Shown here: in pieces, positions 11,571 to 24,138 of the stretch | Position numbering within the stretch: position 1 is the first letter of the stretch | Layout: every line of letters begins with the position of its first letter | Assembly: GCF_004010195.1 (NCBI RefSeq) | Contig: NC_057719.1 | Span: forward strand, 49,054,723 to 49,113,928 | DNA length: 59,206 nucleotides | From: Chiloscyllium plagiosum | Taxonomy: Eukaryota | Direction of reading: 5' to 3' | Position numbers and translations under genes: made by a program | The notes under the pieces: model-generated | Told to the model about the DNA's origin: nothing | Database searches by the model: none | The model's input: only the letters and a program-made list of their open reading frames with translations

Positions 11571-13129
11571 CCATCCTGACAGGAATATTGTTGTTTCTTC
11601 GAACAATTATTTGGAGTCTATAGATAGAACTAAAAGCTTTATGGATATTGTATTAAACTATAGGCTACAGTTTTCTAAATGCTTGTAACCAACATTGAAC
11701 TTGACTATAATTTTGTTTTCCAGGCCAATTAATTGCTAATATATGAGTTGTTTGTGAATAGTTTATGGTTTTTACAATTATTTAAAACAATTTTTAAAAA
11801 GTATTCTCATAAGTTAAAATACAAACAATATGTGGAAAGCAGATGGATAATAATTCACAATAGTGTCTTCATCTTCTTTCGTTCTTAAAGTTATCAACAC
11901 AACTTCATAGAATGATTTTCAAACGCAATCCACAATTTTATGCTTTGCTTTCATGTAAATAATGCTACAGCTGAACATTATCAGTAAAGAACCATGTTTC
12001 CTATTACTCAAAGAGACACCTTTGTTGATCAACAGCAGTGTTTAATTGCAAGTTGAATAAGCAGAAAGATCATGGTTAATAAGTAATAAATAAGCTCATT
12101 ATTATGCAGCTTTATTCTTCTTGGTTTTAAGCTTATTTCATAACTGGCAAAACATTTTTTTATTAACTTCAAATGAAGATATACTGACATTGATGATAAT
12201 TGGCCAACGTTTTTAAAAAACTTTTTAAATGAAGTTTATGTAAACAGTGAAACAGAGTATCAATTTGAAAGCCATTTAAAATTTCATAACATTGCAACAT
12301 ATATATGCCGTTGTGCTGAATTTTGCCAAAATTAACACCTAGTCAATTTCTGCTAAGTTTCATGGATGGTTTCCCTCTGTGAGCATTAGCACATTTTTTT
12401 CCCACTACCTTCCCAAACCAGTCTCATTTCCATGCGCTGTGTATCTGATGTGCCCTTTTCATTGTATTTTCCCACTTGTCACGGGCAGAAATAGTGATGA
12501 ATGCAAGGACTTTCACAATTTCTAGTGCCATGCCATCATTATAGCCTAGCTGTGCACCCAGTCAAGCACTGACAGTCTACAACTGCCCTTCATCGTTCCT
12601 GTCATTTGCACCAGACGTGCCAGACATAGGGAAATTGGCATCCTGATTTGCTTATGAGGACTCAGACATCCTGGTGGATGAGCAATATGCGAGGTTGCTG
12701 CCCATGAAGCATGCTCTGAGGTGTTGGCACCTGGTGTCCACGCGGAGGGATGACCTGGAGTCGCCAGGTTACTGCTCTGACTTTCATGTCAGGAAATGTT
12801 CCATCTAGTTTCCATCCAGTGAGTGAGAGAAGGGGAACTGCATATCAAAGAAGTGAAATTATGTAAAAATGAGGATCTTACTGCCTGCTAATGCATGCAG
12901 ATAGGCCTCTCAATACTCACTAGTGAGAAGCTCTTTCCATGTTTCAACACTTAGCTGGAAAATAGGACATGTTATCAACAAAGTTGGGAGCTCCCTCGCT
13001 GACTTATTTCTCTCAGCATTCTTGCCAATGCTCATGCCATTCTGTGCCTGGAAAGATTCCTCCCATTGATAATGTTTGAATGTTCATATTGTACATGAAT
13101 GGTTGACATTTAAAACGAGAATGGCGAAT

Positions 13130-13820
13130 TTAGTCCTAAATCTGATCCTCCTAATTTTGAGGCTAGGCCCTCTTGCCCTAGTTTCACCTCCCAGTGGAAA
13201 CATTCTCTCGGCTTTTATCTATTCCCTTCAGAATCTTATATGTTTCTATAAATCCCCCTCATTCTTCTAAATTCCAACAAATATAATCCCAGTCTACTCA
13301 GTCTCTCCACATAAGCCAACCCCCTCAACTCCATTATCAACCTTGTGAACCTCCTCTGCATCCCCCCCCCCCCCCCGCCTCCGTCCCCCAGTGCTATTGC
13401 ATCCTTTTCCAAGCAAGGAGACCAAAACTGCACGCAGTACACCAGGTGTGGTCTCACCAGCACCCTATACAGACGCAACATAGCGTCTCTGCTTTTAAGC
13501 TCAACCCCTTTAGCAATGAAGGACAAAATTCCATTTGCCTTCCTAATTACCTGTCGTACCTGCAGACCAACCTTCTGTGATTCATGCACAAGGACACCCA
13601 GGTCCCCTGCACAGCAGCATGCTGTAATTTTTTTTATTCACGTAATAGTGCTTTTTACTGTTCTTGCTACCAAAATGAATAACTTCACTTTTAAGATTGT
13701 ACTCCATCTGCCAGACCTTTGCCCACTCACTTAAACTATGTTCCTCTGCAAAGTTTCACAGTCCTCTACACACTTTGCTCTATCACTCATCTTAGTGTCA
13801 TCTGCAAAATTTGATACATG
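13130..13820 (-). mobile_element. CR1 LINE RT C-terminal fragment
   Basis: KANGILSFIAKG...LYRVLVRPHLVYCVQFWSP...RLSRLGLY; a poly-C tract interrupts it at about 13363-13389. Confidence 0.9.
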
Positions 13821-14924
13821 TTGGAGCTCTGTATCTTGTCCTTCCTTATGAGTTGTCACTTTGTGTTGTAGTATTTCATGTTTGAAACCATCACAAAAAT
13901 AAAGATAATGATGAAATCAACTAAATTTTAAAACTCCATTAAATATTTGCTGTACAAATCAGGAGATCAGTTCTGTTTATAATTGTTCATATCCTATGAA
14001 TTTTAGTACATTGACATCACAAAATATTTACTTTAGCAGAACAATATACAGTTCTGCACAGTGGAAATAATGTTTAAATGTTTTCAAATAAAACTCAGCT
14101 TATTTTATTTCCTTCTCCCATATTAGCTCTAATGAATTGATTCAGCTTCCCCAAATAAACTAACTGTAACAATATACTCTTTAATAACAGGCTTCTGATT
14201 TCTATTTTGGGTTTGCTCATTGGAAACTGCAGAAAGAAGCCTACTCTACCAGGTAACTGAACTTTTATCGACAAATTTGTGAAAACACATGTTTCTCATT
14301 TTTGCCTAGAAAGATTGCACCCTGTTATGATCCCAGCCAATGTCATTACCAGTCAGATCAGATCCCAGATAGATATCTGGTTTGATAGGTCATAGAAACT
14401 AAACAAACACATGGTTTTTTCAAGCAATGGGTGTTTTCCTTACTCGAAAGTAAAAGAATTTAATGTCTGGACTTCTGAACTGGAGCCTAGTGCATTACTG
14501 TTTACTTGTTCACTCAAAGTTTTCCCAGAGTAAACAGAAACCCAGTACTGTCCAGGAGGTCCTTCTCTCACACTATGCTTTAATAGACATCATTATTGGT
14601 ACAAAAATACTTTCAAGTTAATCATTAAACCACTTCAGATGCACGGAAACCCCACATGCAACTTCTTCAAATTCAAAATTTCAAACAATAATAAACAACA
14701 TATGATACAGCCTGTGAACATCATTCCAATTGGCTGGTAATGAATATTCAAGTTTTGGTCATGAATATAAAGGAGTCCACAACCAAAACCTGATAACCTC
14801 TGAGAACATAACATCAAAATTTGAGCTGGACTTTTGCTTCCTACCAAACGAAGTTCCCCTCACCTTCTCTTTGAAAAATTCAGGAGATTCAATCTAAGGA
14901 CTAGTCAACTTACAATGCTTTTTG

Positions 14925-16392
14925 ATTTGATTTGATTTATTGTAGTCATTTGTTCCTAAGTACAGTGAAATGTTTTGTTTTGCAAGCACTACCGGCACAT
15001 CATAACAAACAAGCACATACAGATGCTTAGGGCGAGGCATACAAGGTTACACTGCACAGGAGGTGTGCAATACAAGATCAACATTAGCAAGATCAACATT
15101 ATTTGTGCTTAGAGAGGTCCATTCAGTAGCATAATAACAACAGAAAAGAAAATGTTGTTGAATCTGTTGGTGCGTGTGTTCAAGTTTCTGTATCTTCTAC
15201 CTGATGGAAGAGGTTTAAAAAGAGCATTACTGGAGTGGGAGGGGTCTTTGGTGATGTTTGCAGCAATTCCACAGTAACAAGAACTGTAATGGTGTCCATG
15301 GTTGGGGCGGGGGGGCTTGGCCTCCACAATGTTCTGGGCTGAACACACAATTTTCTGTAGTTTCCTACGGTCCTAGGCAGAGCAATTGCCGTACCAGGCC
15401 GTTATGCACCTGGATAGAATGCTTTCTGTGATGCATCTGCAAAAGTTAATGAGATTCTTTATGGACATGCCGAATTTTCTAAGCTGCCTGAGAAAGAAGA
15501 AATCACACAACACCAGGTTATAGGCCAACAGGTTTATTTGGAAGTACTAGCTTTCAGACTGCTGCTCCTTTATCAGTTGCCTGGATTAGAAGTAGCACTT
15601 TGCAAGCTAGTGCTTCCAATTACACCCGTTGACTATAACCTGGTTTTGTGTGATTTTTAACTTTGTCCACCCTAGTCCAACACCAGCACCTCCACATCAT
15701 GACAAAGAGGAGTTATTGTTGTGCCTCCTTGACCGTCACATGTACGTGGGAAGTCCAGGGCAGATTGTTGGTTATTGCCACTCCTTGGAACTTGACGCTT
15801 TCAACCCTCTCCACCTCAGCTCCATTGATGTGGCTGGGACCATATCCTCCTCCTTTCTTCCTGAAGACAATGATCAGTTCTTTTGTTTTGCCAACATTGA
15901 GAGTTGTTCTCACTGCACCATTACACCAAGTATGCTATCTCCTTCCTGTATTCTGACTCATCATTGTTTGATATCCATCCAACCATGTGGTGTCGTCAAC
16001 AAACTTGTAGATGGCATTTGTATGGGATTTGGCTATACAGTCATGGATGTACAGGAAGTACAGCAGGGGGCTGAGAACGTATCCTTGTTGAGTATTATTG
16101 TGCAGAAGGTGCTGTTGTCTATCTTCACCAATTGTGGTCTGTGGGTCAGGAAGCTGAAGATCCAGTTGCAGTTTTGATATTAGTCTGGTAGGTTTTGAAG
16201 GTGGAGATGTAGTCGATGAATTGGAGGCTGACGTTGGTGTCCTTGTTGTCCAGATGTTCTAGGGATGAGAGTAGAGCTCAGGAAATGGCATCTGCTGTGG
16301 ACCTGTTATGTTGATAAGCAAATTGCAGGGGATTGAGGCAGGCTGGCAGGCTTGAGCTGATTTGGGCCATGACCAGCCTCTCAAAGTACTTT
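14925..16392 (-). mobile_element. Rex1/Babar-type LINE, RT 3' part
   Basis: LNVGKTKELIIVFRK...HINGAEVERVESVKF.GV and KDPSHS..LFKPLPSGRRYR...RTNRF; reversed (ATCAA)n-like tail at 14925-14940. Confidence 0.85.
15501..15703. mobile_element. Palindromic PLE-derived insert with head-to-head degenerate hammerheads
   Basis: Inverted arms aaatcacacaacaccaggttatag / ctataacctggttttgtgtgattt; imperfect TSD AAAGA(A/G)GA at 15493-15500 and 15704-15711. The minus strand of 15547-15579 reads CTGATAA-AGGAGCAGCAGTCT-GAAA-GC-TA. Confidence 0.75.
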
Positions 16393-17804
16393 GTGATTAT
16401 TTTGTATTATGTATGAACAATTAACCTATCTTCTGACAGATTCCTTTAGGACCACAGAAAGGAGAATGATGACTCTCAATCTAATGACCTTACTGAAGGT
16501 GAGTCGATGTCGAACAATATTGCTCGGCGTGCAGATGCATTCACTTTCGGTTTCTCCAGCTGCTACAACACATGGGCCTCTGAGGCCTGCAGGCAACTGG
16601 AGAAATTAGGGAAGGTAGATATGGAGTTTCCAACTTCAACTTCCTTAATGGAACATGACTATTAAATTAATGTTAGAACCTTTCTGTTTTGCATATTCAA
16701 GTTACCAATGTTATAATCAATGACCATTGCGGCTTCACAGAAAAATGGATAGAATTGCCAAAGACTGGGAAAAACATTCCGAGAATTCTGTTGTCTTTTG
16801 TAATAAAATAGAATTTGACTTAATTTGTCATTATAAACAGGGGCACAAACAAAATGTGACCCTACATGACTGGTAAAAATCTCAGAATCTTATTTAAAGT
16901 TTGACTTTTGTCAATTATTGAATTGTTTGTCATGCAATTACTGGAGTACACTGTTTTTTCAAAACACCATATAGAACTTCAAAACACCAAGTAGGTGGTT
17001 TCTCTAAGGTCCGAGTAAGTAATCATCTACTGAACTGTACTGTTCATAAGCATCTCAGATTCAATTCTGGTTCTATGCTTAACTGTGAAGTTCTGATTAA
17101 ACTACAGAGGAGGAAATTACTAAGACTCCCTCCTCTAATAAGTATGTACGGAACTTAGATGTGAAAAAGACAATTCTCCTTGGCTGTATTTCTTTCTTCT
17201 TACCAGCTCTCCTCCATGGTTGAGTGACTGATTGACATTCGATGTGTAGGATCCCGTATAGAACTAGCACATGGTCAAGGATCAAAGGACTGTTATGAAA
17301 ATGTCATAGCTTAAGTCCCTACTGTCAGGAAAGCAGCAGTAAGGAGGGAATATCATGTAGGAAAACTGGATAGAAGAAACAAAAGCTATCTATATCCTAA
17401 CACTCTCTAAATGCCAGAAACCCACTATACCCCCTGCTCAGTGATTTGTACGAACATTTGGTTTGCCATTGCTTCAAAATTAAAATTCCCAGCCCTATGT
17501 TCAAATCCCTCTATTGCATTGCCCTGTCATATCTCTGCACTTTTTTCCTGACCTAAACTATCCAAGAACTCTACATTTCTCTAATTTTGACCTCTCATGC
17601 AACCCTGACATCCTTCAACTCATGTCCATGGCTGTTTTTCAGCTTCGTCTGGAGGTTCATTCTTACTTTCAGTAGAATTAAAGTCTAGAATTGGAGTGCT
17701 GTCTGTTCTATTTGTTAACACCCAAGTGACAAAGAGGAAAATGATCCTCCAAGTATTTTTTTAATGTAGAACTAAATGTGGAAAAATTAGAGAGAAATAT
17801 GATT

Positions 17805-18796
17805 TGTTATGACCAGACCCCAAAGTGAGGTTCTCCAAGTTACTATGCTTCCAGACAGGATACCCCAGGTTAAGTTCCCAGGTGAGAAGGAATGAACTGG
17901 CTCCTTTCTTTTCACCTACACCATCACTGGTTGCAACAAGATTAATTTGAAAAGGATCTGTCCCTTGGGGATACCTTTCTCCTAGTCTAAATGATGTTAA
18001 GTTTTAAGAGAGGCTGATTTAACTAGGCTTTCTTGACTTAACAGAAGATTGAATTTGTTAGTTACTAATGCGGAAAGAAATGCAACGTACGCAGATTAAG
18101 AATACAAAGTGAGTCTGAAAAAATACAGCTAGAAGATACATTGATCAGTCTCCCTGGGTAATTCATGAAGAATAGAGAGTGGAATGTTTATACATGAACT
18201 GTTGATTTTGAGATTCCTGGCTTTGAAGTTAGTTGAAATCCTTTTGTCCTGGTTCCCTTTTTATGGAGGTTGGTTGGCAGCATTCAGATCGAGACCATCC
18301 TTCCATTGCTTTGTTTCCTTTTAATTGTAGCTAAATAATTTCTCTCATTCAGGAAGCGATATTGTCCCTGCAATGCAAGGGTGACTAGTAAATAGTTCTT
18401 CAACTATGACATTGAATACCTAGAACATGATTGGAGGCTAAAATGCAAACCTTCATCCTCTCACGCACCTTCTTCCATTGACACCTCCATTGACATAGAT
18501 CTGACTTGCAGTGAGTTTTTAACCCTTTGTATATTCCTGTAAGGGAAAAACTTTAAAAAATGTCTATATTGGCTTTTTGTTCATGGAAGGATGGTCAACC
18601 CCCTTATTATCTGTTTGATCTGTCTCTCTCTTTGAAGGTTCCCTAGTATTCCACAGGTGTGACATTCCATATATCCCATAGAGAACTTTGCCAGAGAGCA
18701 TTGAATTTACTGCCACAGTCCTCTTTTAAAAAATACCTTTGGAATCAAAAGTTAAAAAGCGTTCATAGCACTTTAGGATCATCTGTCATGCTAACA
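17805..18796. mobile_element. Solo LTR (992 bp) with 4-bp TSD
   Basis: TGTTA...TAACA termini flanked by GATT at 17801-17804 and 18797-18800; no coding remnant seen inside. Confidence 0.7.
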
Positions 18797-19864
18797 GATT
18801 TTCAGGGTTTAGAATATCACTGAATTTTATCCCCCTCAGTTCATAATACAGAGGCTTTTTTTGCTGCTAATAATCTTGATTTTGAATGTTAAATGTAAAC
18901 CTTTCCAATTTTCTTTGTCATCTTTATTCAGCACAATTCTATATCATTGGAAGAATTTTCATCTGTAACTCAAGGTTGTCTGTTCAAGCACAGTCTACAA
19001 CTTGAATACATAATATGTTTGATACTGGTGCAATACCAAGGGACTGTTACATTATTAGAAGTCCTGAATACCAATTTCACTGGTCTACATAGAAATTTCA
19101 ATCAACGACACAGCAAATTCATTAACTTATGGTTCACCATTAGCTTTCTGTGGCATATTGCTGTACGCAAAACAGCTGCTGAATTGACTACACTGCAAAC
19201 AGTTGTGTGTGGAATGTTGCTGAGACATATATTATAAGGCACTACATAAATACAAGCCTGTCTTATTTTGTCCATTAGACAATTCAAATAAGTATGTTTA
19301 ATGCAAAGTATTAGAAAATACTGTCAAAGAAGCATTGTTTCTAATAATAAAGTCCATTTGCCTTCATTCTGAAAAGAACCTGTTAAGCATGTCGACAGAA
19401 GGCAAGTATCAATTTGGTTTACATGTGAGGTGAAGCATTCTAAAGGGGTTACTGTTTAGTTTTCATCAAGGATTCTTCTAGCGACTACAACAGACTTACC
19501 TAGCATTATAATAAAATCCACATATAATCTTCTTGTAAACATCGGGTTGTGAGGGGAATTTTAAAAAGTCAGGATAGCTTGATTAACACCTCAGCAAATT
19601 TAAAAAGAAGAATAGCACAAATTATTGAACCGTTATCCTTTGCATAATTATGTTCATCAGGATGAGAAATGTTAGCCATTGGAGAAAGAACATTTTCACT
19701 TTCAAGTTTTCAGGGTAAAGCATTTTCAAGTCAGGTTTTTTCTACTCCATTCTAACAATATGCCTGACACCAGCCTCTCAAAAAATGCACCAGCATTTTA
19801 CCTTTTCTGATTTTCTGTACGAATGATCCTGTATTCTGTGAGAAAAAAAATTTCATGTCAGGTT

Positions 19865-21677
19865 TGGGTAGTATATAAATACGTTAAGGACAAATGGGTA
19901 AGTAGGGAGAGAATAGGACCTCTCAAAGATCAGCAAGGCAGTCTATGTGTGGAACCACAGGAGATGCAGGCATACTAAACAAGTATTTTGCATCAGTGTT
20001 TACTATGGAGAAGGACATGGAAGGTATAAAATGTGGGGAAATAAATAGTGACATCTTGATAATGCCCAAATTATAGGGAAGGAGGTGCTGGATGTCTTAA
20101 AATGCATGAAGGTAGATAAATCCCCAAGATCTGATTGGGTGTACCCTGGACCTCTGTGGGAGGTGGTAGTGATTGCTGGGCCCTTTGCTGACATACTTTT
20201 ATCATCGATAGTCAGAGGTGAGGTACCGGAAACCTGGAGGTTGGCTAACATGATGCCACTATTTAAGAAAGATAATAAGGAAAAGCCAGGGAACTAAAGA
20301 CCGGTGAACTTGATGTTGGTGGTGGGCAAGTTGTTGGAGGGAATTCTGAGGGACAGGATTTACAAGTATTTGGAAAGGCAAGGACTGATTAGGGAGGGAC
20401 AGGATTTACAAGTATTTGGAAAGGCAAGGACTGATTAGGGATAGTCAACATGGTTTTGTGAGCGGGAAATCATGTCTCACTAACTTGATTGAGTTTTTGA
20501 AGAAGTAACAAAGAGGATTGATGAGGGCAGAGCAGTAGATGTGATCTATACGGACTTCAGTAAGGCGTTCGACAAGGTTCCTCATGGGAGACTGGTTAGC
20601 AAAATTAGATCTCATGGAATACAGGTAGAACTAGCCATTTGGATACAGAACTGGCTGAAAGGTAGAAGACAGAGGGTGGTAGTGGAGGGTTGTTTTTCAG
20701 ACGAGAGGCCTGTGACCAGTGTAGTGCCACAAGGATCGTTGCTGGGTCCACTAATTTTCATCATTTATATAAATGATTTGGATGTGAGCATAAGAGATAT
20801 AGTTAGTAAGTTTGCAGATGACACCAGAATTGGAGGTGTATTGGACAGCAAAGAAGTTTATCTCAGATTACAATGGGATCTTGATCAGATGGGCCAATGG
20901 GCTGAAAAGTGGCAGATGGAGTTTAATTCAGATAAATGTGAGGTGCTGCATTTTGGGAAAGCAAATCTTAGCAGGACTTATACACCTTAATGGTAAGGTC
21001 CCAGGGAGTGATACTGAACAAAGAGATCTTGGAGTGCAGATTCATAGCTTCTTGAAAGTGGAGTCACAGGTAGATAGGATAGTGAAGAAAGCATTTGGTA
21101 TTCTTTCTTTTCTTGGTTGGAGTACTGAGTACAGGAGTTGGGAGGTCATGTTGCAGCTGTACCAGACATTGGTTAGGCCACTGTTGGAATATTGCATGCA
21201 ATTCTGGATGTTGCCAGGGTTGGACGATTTGAGCTATAGGAAGAGGCTGAAAAGGCTAAGGCTGTTTTTCCTGAAGCATCAGAGGCTGAGGGGTGACCTT
21301 ATAGAGGTTTACAAAATTATGAGGGGCACGGATAGGATAAATAGACAAAGTCTTTTCTCTGGGGTGGGGGAGTCCAGAACTAGACGGCATAGATTAGGGT
21401 GAGAGGGGAAAGATATAAAAGAGACCTAAGGGGCAACTTTTTCACGCAGAGGGTGGTACGTGTATGGAATGAGCTTCCAGAGGAAGTGGTGGAGGCTGGT
21501 ACAATTGCAACATTTAAGAGGCATCTGGATGGGTATATGAATAGGAAGGGCTTGGAGGGATGTGGGCCAGGTGCTGGCAGGTGGGACTCGATTGGGTTGG
21601 GATATCTCATCAGCATGGACGAGTTGGACCGAAGGGTCTGTTTCCATGCTGTATGTCTCTGTGACTCTGTAACTCTA
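19865..21677 (+). mobile_element. CR1 LINE, 5'-truncated, same family as 5329-9878
   Basis: YTDFSKAFDKVPHGRL, VPQGSLLGP, SKFADDT and FFTQRVVRVWNELP; tail ctctgtgactctgtaactcta. Confidence 0.95.
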
Positions 21678-21749
21678 GTCCCACTGTCTAGAACTTGGCA
21701 CACAGTCTTGAATGTTATGACATTTTCCAAGCATTTTTCAATTGCTTTC

Positions 21750-24050
21750 CATTCACCCTGCATTCCCTGATAATCTTGTTTACCTCAATCAAACTGCTCC
21801 ATCCTAGCCAACATCTGGTGAATCTCCTCTGCATCCCTTCAAGAACAATCATATCCTTTCTATAGTGCAATGACCAGATCGGCACACAAAACTCTAGCTG
21901 TGGCCTTGCAGCACCAACATAACCTTCCTGCTCGTATGATCTATACCTCGACTGATAAAGGCATATGTCCCATATGACTTCTTAACTATCATACTAACCT
22001 GTCCTGCTGCCTTCAGGGATCTGTGCACAGGCACCCCAAGGTCCCTCTGCTCCTCTGAGAATCCTGGTATCCAACTATTCATTGGATACTCCCTTGTCTT
22101 GTTACTTCTTCCAGAATGCATCACCTCACATTTATCAAGGTTAAATTTCATCTGCTACTGATCTGCTCATCTGACCAATCCGTTCATATTTTCCTATATC
22201 CGAAGACCTTCTTCCTCACTGTCATCATCAAGTCAACCTTCCCATCATCTGTGCAACTTACTTTTCATTCCCCCCCACCAGTCTCACACATTTTCCTATT
22301 TACCGTTCACATACATCACACAAAATAAGGAATCTGTCACTAATCCCTGTGGCACGCCTCTGGACACCAGCCTTCAGCCACACAAACAACCTTCTATCAC
22401 TGCCCTCTGTCTCCTGCCATGAAGACAATTTTGGATCCAACTTACCACATTACACTTTTGTCCTCTTTATCAGTCTTCCATGTGGGACCTGGTCAACGGT
22501 TTTGCTGAAATCCACAGAAACCATATCAAAGTCACTGCCTCATCTGCACACTTGATCACCACTTCTGAATTCAATCAGGTTTATTAGGTATAACCTCCCT
22601 CTGATAAAGCTATGCTGACTATCACTGATTAAACTTTGCCTCAAGTGGAGATTCACTCCTTCAGAACTTTCTCCAATAGATTCCGTCCCACTGATATCAA
22701 ACTCGCTATATTTCCCTGGTCTAACCCTAACACCCTTCTTTAAAGTGGAACGACTTTAGCTGTCCCCCAGTCCTCTGGCATCCCCTGCTGTGACTAGAGA
22801 AGAATTAAAAAATTATAGGCCCAGTAATTTCTTCCCTCATCTCTCATAGCAGCCTGGGATACAACACTTTTGGAACTGGAGATTTGTTCACTTTTAAGCC
22901 CGTCCAATCCACCTATCCTTCCTCATTCCCTTTCAAACTACTCAGGATCATCACAGTGACTCTTCCTGAATTCTGTATCTATACCCTCCTCCTTCTCCAT
23001 GAAAAGACTGTACTTTTGTAACCCCTACCAATGCCCTCCAGCTCTATGTATAGATTGCCCCCATGGCCCTACACTTTCCCTGGTTATTCTCTTTCCCTTG
23101 ATAGGTTATTTTGAGATTGTCCCTAATCTTACCAGCTAGAGTTTTTCCATGCCCTTTGTTCTCCTAATTGCTTTCTTAAGTTTCCCCCTGCAATTTTTAT
23201 ACTCTTCTGATTTGCTCCCTCTCTATCTGTCAAAAGCCTCTCTTTACGTTCTTACCCAGTCCTGAATAATTCTCAACATTCAGCGTTCTCTGGGCTTGGT
23301 GCTCCTACATTTCAACTGAAACAGGACATTTTGGTCAGTACTCTCACCAGTTCTATTTTGAAACAACGCACCCCCATCCCACCCCCACTGTTCTGCCACA
23401 TATTTACCCAGAAGTAGCCATTCCCAGGCTTCTTTGGTCAGACCCTGCCTTATTTTAATAAAGTCCACCTCTCTCTAATCCAAAAGTTTTGCTGACCATC
23501 TTTGTTTTTCCACAACAAATATAAAATGTATGATGCTGTGGTCACGGTCACTAAAATGGGCTCCCATTGCTACCTCAAACCTGTTCAGTTGGAATTAAGT
23601 TCAGCACTGTACCATTTTTTATTGGACCTTCTCCATGTTCATATAAAAAATCTCCTGAATGCATTTCAAGAAATCTATCCCATCTAAACTCTTTACACTA
23701 TAACTATTCCATTTATTGTTGGGAAAATTGAAATTCTCTAATATAATTATCCTATTATTGTTTTTACACATCTCAGTTAATTGTCTACATATCTATTCTC
23801 TATTGCATACCGACTGTTTGGGGGTCTATAATACACTCCCAGTGTGACTGACCCCTTTTTATTTCTAGCTCCACCCAAAAGTCTGATTTGAAGATCCTTC
23901 CAAAATACTGAAGTAACTGATACCTTAATAATGTGAAATCATCTTCTCACTTACACCGTCCCTTGTCCTGCCTGAAGATCCTATACCCCAAAATGAGGAG
24001 TTGCCAGTCCTGCCGCATCTCATCTCCATGGTCACAACAATATCACAATT
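21750..24050 (-). mobile_element. Old, diverged CR1 LINE ORF2
   Basis: MKFNLDKCEVMHSGR..EEQRDLGVPVHRSLK; colinear, degenerate similarity to other CR1s continues toward the endonuclease region. Confidence 0.75.
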
Positions 24051-24102
24051 CTAAAGATTCAAAAGAAGATATTTTTCATTATTATTTCTGAAAAAAACCC
24101 TG

Positions 24103-24138
24103 CTGTCAAAGCTTTTCACCTTGCACTTATCAGGACAG
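24103..24138 (-). ncRNA. Degenerate minimal hammerhead motif at the end of an unclassified repeat (about 24100-24460)
   Basis: Reverse complement reads CTGTC-CTGATAA-GTGCAAGGT-GAAA-AGCT-TT-GACAG: perfect 5-bp stem I, palindromic AAGCTT stem III, one core mismatch. Confidence 0.6.

Noticed and set aside
14323..14813. Possible solo LTR (TGTTATG...CATAACA)
   Set aside because: The flanks (accc/tcaa) give no TSD, so the boundaries are unsupported.
15629..16177. 182-aa plus-strand ORF
   Set aside because: Antisense to the Rex1/Babar RT and starts within a PLE-derived insert.
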